This document shows, piece after piece, positions 56,839 to 64,000 of a stretch of DNA of 64,000 nt; positions within the stretch are counted from its first letter, which is position 1, and every line of letters begins with the position of its first letter. The notes under the pieces are model-generated. The model had not been told where the DNA came from and made no database searches. It was given only the letters and a program-made list of their open reading frames with translations. The stretch is from Candidatus Omnitrophota bacterium (lineage in GTDB: Bacteria; Omnitrophota; Gorgyraeia; JABMRG01; JAFGKX01), in the NCBI GenBank assembly GCA_043797125.1, contig JAZDPX010000023.1, positions 3,098 to 67,097 of the forward strand. The letters run 5' to 3'. Made by a program: the position numbers and the translations under genes.

Positions 56839-57678
56839 ATGAGATTCTATCGTATAATAGTTCTGTCATTCTATGCTATTTTCATAAGTGGTTGCGCGAC
56901 TAGTTATGTTGCAAAGACCAGCGAAGTTTTTAAAACAGATACCGGAGAAAAATTTTATTCCAAAGAAATTGAAATTAAACCGCCGCCAATCAAATTACCG
57001 TTGGGCGAAAAATTAACATATCAGGTCAAGTGGCTCGGCATAAACGCAGGGACTATCGTTGCCAATATTGCGCCACAACTTGAGCAGATAAATGACCGTA
57101 GCGCTTGCAAAGTCAGGGTTACTGTGCGCACCAGTGATTTCTGTTCCGCTATTTACAGGATAGAGGATGAATATACCTCATATATAGACGCTGAAACCAT
57201 GGCTACGTTGAGGCATGAAGTCCACAGAAGAGAAGGCAGATACAAAAAGGATGCAATTACCGACTTTGACCAACAGCAGCACATGGCCTATTTTGAAAAC
57301 TTGCTTGATAAATCAAAGAAATCCTTTAAAATACCGGAGAATGCGCAGGATACCTTAAGCGCCTGTTATTATTTCAGGACGCTAAAATTAAAACTTGGCG
57401 AACGCATAAAATATTTTGTTGTGAATAACGAACAAAATTACGAACTCTTTGGCGTAATAGAAGATAAAAAGTTTATAAGAATTAAAGAATTAGGCAATTT
57501 TGAAAGCTTTTTTATCCAGCCGTACGCTAAGGAATTAAACGGCGAAAAGGTAAAAAAGGGAAAAGTAAGCGGCTATTTTAGCGCTGATGAAAAAAGGCTG
57601 CCCCTTTTGGCAGTTGTAGAAGCGCCGCTTTTTACGAAAGTTACCGCGACGCTGAGCAAGGTTGAAAAGATTGAATAG
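56839..57678 (+). CDS. hypothetical lipoprotein
   Basis: Signal peptide with lipobox-like FISGC. No recognisable catalytic motif. Sits between the two tRNA-Ser genes. Confidence 0.5.
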   Translation: MRFYRIIVLSFYAIFISGCATSYVAKTSEVFKTDTGEKFYSKEIEIKPPPIKLPLGEKLTYQVKWLGINAGTIVANIAPQLEQINDRSACKVRVTVRTSDFCSAIYRIEDEYTSYIDAETMATLRHEVHRREGRYKKDAITDFDQQQHMAYFENLLDKSKKSFKIPENAQDTLSACYYFRTLKLKLGERIKYFVVNNEQNYELFGVIEDKKFIRIKELGNFESFFIQPYAKELNGEKVKKGKVSGYFSADEKRLPLLAVVEAPLFTKVTATLSKVEKIE

Positions 57679-57680
57679 TT

Positions 57681-57739
57681 TGTCCCTCCAATGCTCCTGT
57701 TCGTCACATTGTCGGGACAAAATTTGCTTCGCAAATTTT
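57681..57739 (+). repeat. conserved tRNA-Ser upstream leader element, copy 2
   Basis: See copy 1. Confidence 0.6.
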
Positions 57740-59257
57740 GGAGAGGTGCGAGAGCGGCTGAATCGGAGCGCCTGGAAAGCGCTTAGGCTTGAAAGAGCCT
57801 CCAGGGTTCGAATCCCTGCCTCTCCGCCAAGTAAGATACGGAGCGTTGGTTAAGTAATGTCGGAAGGTACCTTCCGACGAGAAATTTAATCGGCGCTCTT
57901 TTACTATAAAGTTCGAACCGATTTTCTCGAGATATTGCCTCTGCAACTCTAAATTTCCGTCTTGAAGCGCGTAACTTACTCTATTTAAATCGGTTACGAA
58001 ATCTTTCGCCCGTTCGAACCAATTATCGTCTCGCCCGTCAAAAAATTGCAATCGTTCCTGTAACTCTTTCTTTCTGTTAAGCAAATCTTCCTTTTTCTTT
58101 CTATACTCATCCAGCGATAAATTACCCTCTAAGTATAAATCTATTAGCTTGCTAACTTTACCATCTATATCGGTAATACACTCGGCAATTTTTTGACGAG
58201 GCGGACGCGATGACTGGACGGCCTCATTTTTGTCTTTTTCAAGCTCTCTTAAAATTTTTGCCGTCCAGTCATCACACAAAGAAACTTTTTGAAGAGTAGC
58301 CCTGATTTGAGTGGCAAGAGCTTCTTCTCTAACATACTTCTGCGAGCAATTTGTGAGACGCTTGGTACACCGATAATATGTATGACCCTTTTGTGTTTCA
58401 GCAGTAATCATACGTCCGCACTCACCGCACCTCATAAGCCCGCGCAAAATGAAACGCCTTACGGCTTTCTTTGGCTTGCCTCTACGAGCCATAACCTCCT
58501 GACACTTGTCAAAAAGTTTCTTTGTGATAATTGGTTCGTGAGTACCTTCGTATGTCTCGCCCTTGTAGCGAAACATGCCATAATAGAGAGGGTTGCTAAG
58601 GATATGCTGATATTGGCTGGCGCTTAGAGGCTTACTTTTTCTGCCTGTCATGCCGAGAGAGTTTATCTTATCTCGTATCTCGGCCAGCGCATATCTGCCG
58701 GCAGCATAAAGGGCGAAAGATTTCGTTATGAAAGGAGCTTTGCCCTCATCCTTGATAATAGTCCGTGTAGCGCGGTCATTTAGATAGCCTATCGGCGCCC
58801 ACTGTGGCCATATGCCCTTGCTAAGCTTTAACCGGATGCCTCGTCTTATATTCTCTGATAGCGCATCGATGTAATACTTGCTCTGCCCAAAGGTGATCGA
58901 CAGCATGAATTTGCCTTGTGCATTATTATCAAAGCGATATGTAGGAAATCGCAACTCCTTTATAATACCTCGATCTACTAAGTAGATTATCTTGCCCCCA
59001 TCGACGCTGTTACGAGCAAGACGATCGGGATGCCAGGCAAGTATGCCCTCTGCCTCATTAGCTTGTATTCGTGCAAGCATATCATTGAAGATAGGCCTGC
59101 CGGGTTTTTTGGCGGTTTTGGCCTCCACAAGCTCAGTAATGACTGTAAGATTCTCACGCTTGGCATACTGACGAAGCTCCACAAGTTGAGCTTCTATAGA
59201 TAAGATTTGACGATCATCGTCATCTGTAGACTTACGGGCATATATAAAATATTTCAT
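57704..59257 (-). CDS. large serine recombinase (resolvase catalytic domain, recombinase domain, zinc-ribbon, coiled-coil)
   Basis: N-terminal YARKST catalytic-Ser motif, recombinase domain and zinc ribbon CGECGRMITAETQKGHTYYRC. The ORF-track 3' end runs antisense through the inverted repeat and the tRNA-Ser(GGA), so the true C-terminus may be shorter. Confidence 0.75.
   Translation of the reverse strand: MKYFIYARKSTDDDDRQILSIEAQLVELRQYAKRENLTVITELVEAKTAKKPGRPIFNDMLARIQANEAEGILAWHPDRLARNSVDGGKIIYLVDRGIIKELRFPTYRFDNNAQGKFMLSITFGQSKYYIDALSENIRRGIRLKLSKGIWPQWAPIGYLNDRATRTIIKDEGKAPFITKSFALYAAGRYALAEIRDKINSLGMTGRKSKPLSASQYQHILSNPLYYGMFRYKGETYEGTHEPIITKKLFDKCQEVMARRGKPKKAVRRFILRGLMRCGECGRMITAETQKGHTYYRCTKRLTNCSQKYVREEALATQIRATLQKVSLCDDWTAKILRELEKDKNEAVQSSRPPRQKIAECITDIDGKVSKLIDLYLEGNLSLDEYRKKKEDLLNRKKELQERLQFFDGRDDNWFERAKDFVTDLNRVSYALQDGNLELQRQYLEKIGSNFIVKERRLNFSSEGTFRHYLTNAPYLTWRRGRDSNPGGSFKPKRFPGAPIQPLSHLSKICEANFVPTM
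57740..57829 (+). tRNA. tRNA-Ser (anticodon GGA)
   Basis: Hand-folded. Acceptor GGAGAGG/CCTCTCC, anticodon loop CU-GGA-AA, long variable arm, T-loop GGTTCGAATCC and encoded CCA. Confidence 0.8.
57824..57918. repeat. inverted repeat IR-L (~93 bp) flanking the recombinase gene; contains the 20-bp perfect palindrome GTCGGAAGGTACCTTCCGAC
   Basis: The reverse complement of 57824..57918 matches 59277..59369 with one mismatch. IR-L begins inside the 3' end (GGCGG/CCGCC) of tRNA-Ser(GGA). Confidence 0.8.
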
Positions 59258-59276
59258 GAGGGCAAAGCTCCTTTCA

Positions 59277-59369
59277 TCGAACTTTATATTAAAAGAGCGC
59301 CGATTAAATTTCTCGTCGGAAGGTACCTTCCGACATTACTTAACCAACGCTCCGTATCTTACTTGGCGG
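59277..59369. repeat. inverted repeat IR-R (partner of IR-L), immediately upstream of the recombinase start codon
   Basis: See IR-L. The same 20-bp palindrome is at ~59318..59337. Confidence 0.8.
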
Positions 59370-59723
59370 TGTGTTCTCCGCCTTGTTCGAACTATCTTCA
59401 GGGGTACCCCTGAAGAAAAAATTTAAACAGTGTCATTCCCGCGAAAGCGGGAATCTTACACTACCTACTAAGGGCTCGTCCGCCTGCTGCCTTTTAAGCG
59501 TAAACTTGTGGACGGCAGCAGTGCCGAGCCCTCAACCGAAAGACGCAGGCAAAAAGGCAATTTTGGGCGGGGGCAAAATTGCCTTTTTGCCAAAAGAACG
59601 GACAAAGATCAAAAATGCCTCGAGGGAAGATTTTGCTTTAAAAAATTAATTGATGTGGTAAAATAATATGAGGTTACTACCTCAGTATAACCACTAAAAC
59701 TATACTACTAAAGTTATAGTACA

Positions 59724-59936
59724 ATGTCAAGGATAAATATGCTATCAAAAAGACTTAAAGAATTAAGAAAAGAACGTAATTGGACTCAACAAGAGCTGGC
59801 TCAAAAGGCCAGCCTTTCGTTTAATGCTATTACAAAAATAGAACAAGGCGCGGCGAAACATCCTACGCTGAAAACATTGATTAAGTTGGCAGAAGTGTTT
59901 GGCATAAGTATCGATGAATTAGTAGGAAGGAAATAA
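59724..59936 (+). CDS. XRE-family helix-turn-helix transcriptional regulator (possible R-M controller C-protein)
   Basis: 70 aa with the Cro/C1-type HTH (LRKERNWTQQELAQKASLSFNAITKIEQG). Located immediately upstream of a DNA methyltransferase gene. Confidence 0.6.
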   Translation: MSRINMLSKRLKELRKERNWTQQELAQKASLSFNAITKIEQGAAKHPTLKTLIKLAEVFGISIDELVGRK

Positions 59937-59939
59937 CAT

Positions 59940-61148
59940 TTGGCAAACAGTAATCTTTTTAACGCAAAAAGGGTAAAGAACGATGAGTTCTATACCCAGT
60001 ACGATGATATTCAGATGGAGATTGAAGCGTATCTAGAGTACGACTCGGATGTATTTCGCGGCAAGGTAGTGTATTGCAACTGTGATGATCCATTCGAGAG
60101 CAATTTCTTTCGCTATTTCGTGTTAAATTTTAACAAGCTCGGATTGAAACAGCTTATCACAACTAGCTACAAGCCCTCGCCCGTAGCCAATACACAACTG
60201 GAATTGTTTGCTGAATACAAAACCGTCACAAAATCGAAAGGTCGTTCAAAGGTAACCGCCAATAAGTTTATTATCAACGAGGTGCACGACATAGACGGTG
60301 ACGGCGAATTTAACTTGAAAGACGTTGCTAAGCAGTTAAAGGCAAACAAGCATAACGAATGGACACCGTTAGAAGGCGACGGCGACTTCCGTAGTGATGA
60401 ATGTGTAAAGCTACTTAAACGATCAGACGTTGTGGTAACAAATCCGCCGTTCAGTCTATTTCGCGAATATGTTAAACAGCTTTTTGATTACAATAAAAAG
60501 TTTGTCATTATCGGCAACATGAATGCGATTACCTATAAAGAAGTTTTTCCAAAGATTAAAGAAAACAAGATGTGGCTTGGCGCGACAAATTTTAATACAG
60601 GTATGTATTTTCAAGTCTCCAATGATTTTGTTTATGCTGATACATACAAATTTGAACGTGAACAGAATGGGGTAAAAGTGAATCGTGTCCCAGGTGTTTG
60701 TTGGTTCACAAACCTTGATCATGGTCGACGTCATAAACCTTTACCATTGATGACCGAAGCAGAAATTATTAAGTTTGGCGCAAAAAAACCATTTCAAAAA
60801 TATGACAACTATGACGCTATAGAGATTCCATTGACTAAGCATATCCCGAGTGATTATAGGGGTGTGATGGGCGTCCCTATTAGTTTCCTTGATAAATATA
60901 ATCCTGACCAGTTTGAAATTTTAGGAGCCACTCAAAGAGGTTGCCACGATGAGGTTCCGGACACAAAAAAATATGATGATTACTGGGAAGTAAGGCAGGA
61001 TGGAAAGAAAACAGGATCATCTGGTGGAAAAACAAATGAAAATGCCAATTTGGTTGGCAATGACGGGAAAAAGAATTATTTCATAAATAGTAAAGGCCGA
61101 ATAATTCAATCCGCTTATCAAAGAATTTTTATAAGGCATAAAAAATAA
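59940..61148 (+). CDS. N6-adenine DNA methyltransferase, EcoRI-methylase family
   Basis: DEFYTQY, KVVYCNCDDP, GDFRSDE, VVTNPPFSLFREY (motif IV NPPF), ITYKEVF and KYDNYDAI blocks resemble M.EcoRI-like enzymes as recalled from memory. Confidence 0.65.
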   Translation: MANSNLFNAKRVKNDEFYTQYDDIQMEIEAYLEYDSDVFRGKVVYCNCDDPFESNFFRYFVLNFNKLGLKQLITTSYKPSPVANTQLELFAEYKTVTKSKGRSKVTANKFIINEVHDIDGDGEFNLKDVAKQLKANKHNEWTPLEGDGDFRSDECVKLLKRSDVVVTNPPFSLFREYVKQLFDYNKKFVIIGNMNAITYKEVFPKIKENKMWLGATNFNTGMYFQVSNDFVYADTYKFEREQNGVKVNRVPGVCWFTNLDHGRRHKPLPLMTEAEIIKFGAKKPFQKYDNYDAIEIPLTKHIPSDYRGVMGVPISFLDKYNPDQFEILGATQRGCHDEVPDTKKYDDYWEVRQDGKKTGSSGGKTNENANLVGNDGKKNYFINSKGRIIQSAYQRIFIRHKK

Positions 61149-61149
61149 T

Positions 61150-62358
61150 ATGAAACCAACTTTAAAAACCGAAATTACTGTCAAAGATATTTGCGAAGGG
61201 TTCGTCTATAGCGAACTGGAGGGCAAGGGGCTATTCGGTTTATCTGGGAAACTTACTATTCAGCCTGAGTATCAGCGCAACTATATCTATGCTTCTCTTG
61301 ACGGCGGCAAAAAAGAAAAGGCCGTCATCGAATCAGTCATCAGGGGATATCCAATAGGGTTGATTTATTTTACTAAAGTAAACGAAAACAAATTGGAAGT
61401 TTTGGATGGACAACAACGCATTACCAGTCTCGGACGTTTCATAACTGATAAATTTGCTATTAAAGATGAAAATGGTATGGAGCAATATTTTCGCGGTATG
61501 GCAAAAAATAAAAAAGATAAGATATTAGAAACCAAACTTCTCATTTATGAATGCGAAGGTACAGAAAGTGAGATAAAAGAGTGGTTCAAGACAATCAATA
61601 TTGCCGGGGTTCCGCTCAGTGATCAGGAATTGCTTAACGCTGTGTATTCAGGGCCATTTGTAACACTTTGTAAGGAGGAGTTCAGCAATAGCCAAAACGC
61701 TAACATCCAAAAATGGAGCGCTTATATATCAGGTAGCGCCAATCGGCAGGATTTTCTGGAAAGAGCGTTTGATTGGGTCAGCAAGGATTGGGAAGACAAG
61801 AATTATGATCCAAGACATACTAGGCCGATCGGAAAATATATGAGTAGCCATCGTTATGACAAAAATATCACTGAGTTAAAAAAATATTTCAACAGTGTAA
61901 TCAATTGGATTTCTAGTGTATTTCCCGACGTTGAGAGCGAGATGCGCGGATTAGAATGGGGACGGCTATACGAAGAGTATCACAAGAAAACATATAATCC
62001 TGCTAAAGTATCAGGCGAAGTACAAAAGCTCTACGCTGATCCGTATATTAAAAATCGTAAAGGTATTTTTGAATATATTCTGGGTGGCTCGGTCGACACA
62101 AAATTGCTTGAGGTTAGAGTCTTTGACGAAGCAACTAAAAAAGCGGTTTATGCAACACAAACTGCTAAAGCAAAGAAAAAAGGCAAATCAAACTGCTCGC
62201 ATTGTGCTATTGGACACGATGCCAACAAGAGTAAGATTTGGAATTTTGTCGAAATGGAAGCTGATCATGTTGCAGCATGGAGTAAAGGTGGCAAAACAAC
62301 ATCTAAAAACTGTGAAATGTTATGTAAGACACATAATCGGGCAAAAGGTAATCGATAA
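61150..62358 (+). CDS. DUF262 (ParB/Srx-like, DGQQR motif) plus C-terminal HNH nuclease protein (GmrSD-like architecture), candidate restriction endonuclease
   Basis: LEVLDGQQRITSL (DUF262 signature) and a C-terminal HCAIGH...ADHVAAWSKGG...HNRAKGN (HNH). ATAA overlap with the methyltransferase gene. Confidence 0.55.
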   Translation: MKPTLKTEITVKDICEGFVYSELEGKGLFGLSGKLTIQPEYQRNYIYASLDGGKKEKAVIESVIRGYPIGLIYFTKVNENKLEVLDGQQRITSLGRFITDKFAIKDENGMEQYFRGMAKNKKDKILETKLLIYECEGTESEIKEWFKTINIAGVPLSDQELLNAVYSGPFVTLCKEEFSNSQNANIQKWSAYISGSANRQDFLERAFDWVSKDWEDKNYDPRHTRPIGKYMSSHRYDKNITELKKYFNSVINWISSVFPDVESEMRGLEWGRLYEEYHKKTYNPAKVSGEVQKLYADPYIKNRKGIFEYILGGSVDTKLLEVRVFDEATKKAVYATQTAKAKKKGKSNCSHCAIGHDANKSKIWNFVEMEADHVAAWSKGGKTTSKNCEMLCKTHNRAKGNR

Positions 62359-62432
62359 AGCGCGATTGTGTTGAGATCGGTGCCGCCCTCGAAGGAAATG
62401 GGGAAGGTAGCGCGTTAAAGTGAGAGGTATAT

Positions 62433-63203
62433 ATGAAAACAAAAGACCTGCTATTGCCAAAAATTGTTTTTGAAGCTAAGTACAAACAGGGATATCGATA
62501 TCTTGATAGATGTGGTGAAACAATGATCGAAGTAGAAAATAAATTAAAAAATTGGAATGCCAAAGAAGCTAATATTTCTTCTGGCCAAATGCAAAATATA
62601 TCAGAAAATATGATTTTTAATTTTAGCAGTCTAAAATTGGATCTAAACCAAAATAATGTCAAAGATTTAGATTGCACTAACTTTTTTACTTATTCAAAAG
62701 AAATATTTAAAATTGTATCAAAAAATCTCGGAATTAAAGATTACATTAGATTTGGGTTGCGATATTGGTTATTATATCCAATAGATTCGGTAAAAACCGG
62801 ACGTCGCATATTGTCAACAAACGGATTTTTTAAAATTGATAATAAAATAGAGAAAATGTTTGATAAGGAAATTAAGGATAGGAATTTTATAGCCGTCCTT
62901 GAAAAAGATAAAGAAGGACACAGGATATCTTTAGCAATGGTTTTTAAAGAGGGGACGAATATAGAAAAAGAGGAAAATAAATTCTTAACGACAGCTCCTC
63001 ACAAATTACCAACAAAACAAAAAGAAGCTCTGATTGCTCAGCTAGAACGGAAGCAGAAACAAGCAGAAAATCCTGACGTAGCTCTGCTTATAGATATAGA
63101 TAGTTATATCAATGATCCTAAGACCGAGCAGCTAGATGGTTTTATTAAGTCGGCAGCAGATGTTACAATAAAAAATGCCATTAGTTTGATCGAGGAGAAA
63201 TAA
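62433..63203 (+). CDS. hypothetical protein
   Basis: 256-aa ORF with AT-rich codon usage and no recognised motif. Confidence 0.35.
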   Translation: MKTKDLLLPKIVFEAKYKQGYRYLDRCGETMIEVENKLKNWNAKEANISSGQMQNISENMIFNFSSLKLDLNQNNVKDLDCTNFFTYSKEIFKIVSKNLGIKDYIRFGLRYWLLYPIDSVKTGRRILSTNGFFKIDNKIEKMFDKEIKDRNFIAVLEKDKEGHRISLAMVFKEGTNIEKEENKFLTTAPHKLPTKQKEALIAQLERKQKQAENPDVALLIDIDSYINDPKTEQLDGFIKSAADVTIKNAISLIEEK

Positions 63204-63205
63204 TT

Positions 63206-63793
63206 ATGGACGACATGACAGAGGAACTTGATTTTAATGATTTAGATGATACGAAATTTTTCGAAAATAGAGATCTTCTATACGCCAATGATATATTAAT
63301 GAGGAAAACAACGGATATAAGTGGAAGAGTGCCTGGTTATATAACAGCATATAAGACCGGAGAATATGTTAAAGACATTGAGCCAGCTAAGACTGCAGTA
63401 GTCAAGAAAGAAGAAGTTGATAAAAGAATCGAAGATGTTACAAATATAGCAGATGAAATTTTAGAAAATATAGATGATGCAGTTGTTATTGCAAATCTAG
63501 TAGAGGCTCTTGGCGAAGCGTTAAATGAGTTATGGGCGATAAAAGAAAGCAGAGAACGTGAATTTGCAAAAGCCCTAGTAATGTTTCAAGCGGTAATAAG
63601 AAAAGACGGCGTAGATGTTACTAATAAGGAGCAATTGGCAGGTCTGGTTGAGGCTGTACAAATATTTCGAATACCAAACATAGCCGAAATTGATGTTACG
63701 AACTGTACGAGAAAACTTGAGGAAGCTCATCTAGATATATACAAACCTTTTAAAGAAAATCCTAAATTAAAAATAATTATTCAAGAGGAATGA
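63206..63793 (+). CDS. hypothetical acidic protein
   Basis: 195-aa ORF tightly coupled to the upstream ORF (3-nt gap). Asp/Glu-rich. Confidence 0.35.
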   Translation: MDDMTEELDFNDLDDTKFFENRDLLYANDILMRKTTDISGRVPGYITAYKTGEYVKDIEPAKTAVVKKEEVDKRIEDVTNIADEILENIDDAVVIANLVEALGEALNELWAIKESREREFAKALVMFQAVIRKDGVDVTNKEQLAGLVEAVQIFRIPNIAEIDVTNCTRKLEEAHLDIYKPFKENPKLKIIIQEE

Positions 63794-64000
63794 TGGCTAC
63801 AACTACCCTTTTTCTAGATACAAGTATACAAGTTTCGCGAAAAGGCCATGATGATGCTGAAGTTGCAAAAATTGAAGGCATAATTGATAAATATGATTTT
63901 ATTAGTACCTCATCTTATGTTCGGCTAGAATTCAAGCAGTCGTATATTCAAGATTTGGTTTACTTACACAAAAATTTGGTTAAGGAAAAATCTTTTTGCA
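63793..64000 (+). CDS. hypothetical protein, 3'-truncated at window edge
   Basis: ATG at 63793 overlapping the upstream stop (ATGA), with an open frame to the end of the window (MATTTLFLDTSIQVSRKGHDD...). Confidence 0.3.
   Translation, partial: MATTTLFLDTSIQVSRKGHDDAEVAKIEGIIDKYDFISTSSYVRLEFKQSYIQDLVYLHKNLVKEKSFC

Noticed and set aside
59207-59649. ORFs 59207..59413 and 59371..59649 in the region between the recombinase and the XRE gene
   Set aside because: They run across the inverted repeat and the hairpin-rich non-coding region. Their sequence is dictated by the palindromes and they lack SD sequences. The region is treated as non-coding or structured.
62069-62374. 101-aa ORF overlapping the 3' end of the DUF262-HNH gene
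   Set aside because: It is embedded out of frame within the HNH-motif coding region, with no independent signal.
97-62677. Many 60-190-aa ORFs on the minus strand or in alternate frames that lie fully inside the large + strand genes (e.g. 97..321, 2237..2533, 24339..24740, 24694..25254, 47644..48105, 54385..54915, 58289..58627, 62303..62677)
   Set aside because: They are completely embedded in well-supported CDSs with recognisable domains and have no SD or conservation signal. They are most likely frame shadows.
1-64000. CRISPR arrays, rRNA genes, IS elements with transposase
   Set aside because: No regularly spaced direct repeats with unique spacers were seen. No rRNA-like conserved stretches and no DDE/HUH transposase-like ORFs were seen. 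The only mobility-related gene is the serine recombinase.

Overview
This 64-kb window comes from an AT-rich bacterial genome. Almost every gene is on the + strand, in long tightly packed operons, so this looks like an accessory surface-polysaccharide island.

(1) Positions 1 to ~33.6 kb are a nucleotide-sugar / glycan biosynthesis locus. It holds five paralogous extended-SDR epimerase/dehydratase/reductase genes, a heptose-kinase-like GHMP kinase, and a DegT-family gene with 3-dehydrase-like features. There are two thiamine-diphosphate E1 alpha/beta pairs, one sitting next to an unusual lipoyl-domain::E3-binding::NeuD-type acyltransferase fusion. It also carries many GT2/GT4 glycosyltransferases, four large GT-C-like membrane proteins, B12-binding radical SAM enzymes, and a WbaP-like initiating phosphotransferase.

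(2) Positions 33.6 to 35.8 kb hold a small membrane peptide gene with a textbook promoter and terminator, a membrane GGDEF (GGDDF variant) protein, and a secreted repeat protein.

(3) Positions ~35.9 to 46.7 kb look like a RiPP-type peptide modification cluster. It has a PqqD-like chaperone, a GNAT, three paralogous SPASM radical SAM enzymes, a 70-aa Cys-containing candidate precursor with a strong SD, an HprK-like kinase, an ABC exporter, a B12-radical SAM, a PRMT-like methyltransferase and an S24/S26 peptidase::nucleotidyltransferase fusion. This is my top candidate for an undescribed system.

(4) Positions 46.9 to 56.6 kb are a Wzc/Wza/PCP/GspA-like-ATPase export module of the kind associated with exosortase/PEP-CTERM loci.

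(5) Positions 56.6 to 59.4 kb hold two tRNA-Ser genes with duplicated upstream leaders. They also hold a large serine recombinase gene bracketed by ~93-bp near-perfect inverted repeats, each containing a 20-bp perfect palindrome.

(6) Positions 59.7 to 64 kb are a restriction-modification-like module (XRE/C-protein, EcoRI-family N6-adenine methyltransferase, DUF262+HNH nuclease) plus hypothetical proteins.

No CRISPR array or rRNA was seen. Coordinates of non-CDS features were counted by hand and may be off by 1-2 nt.
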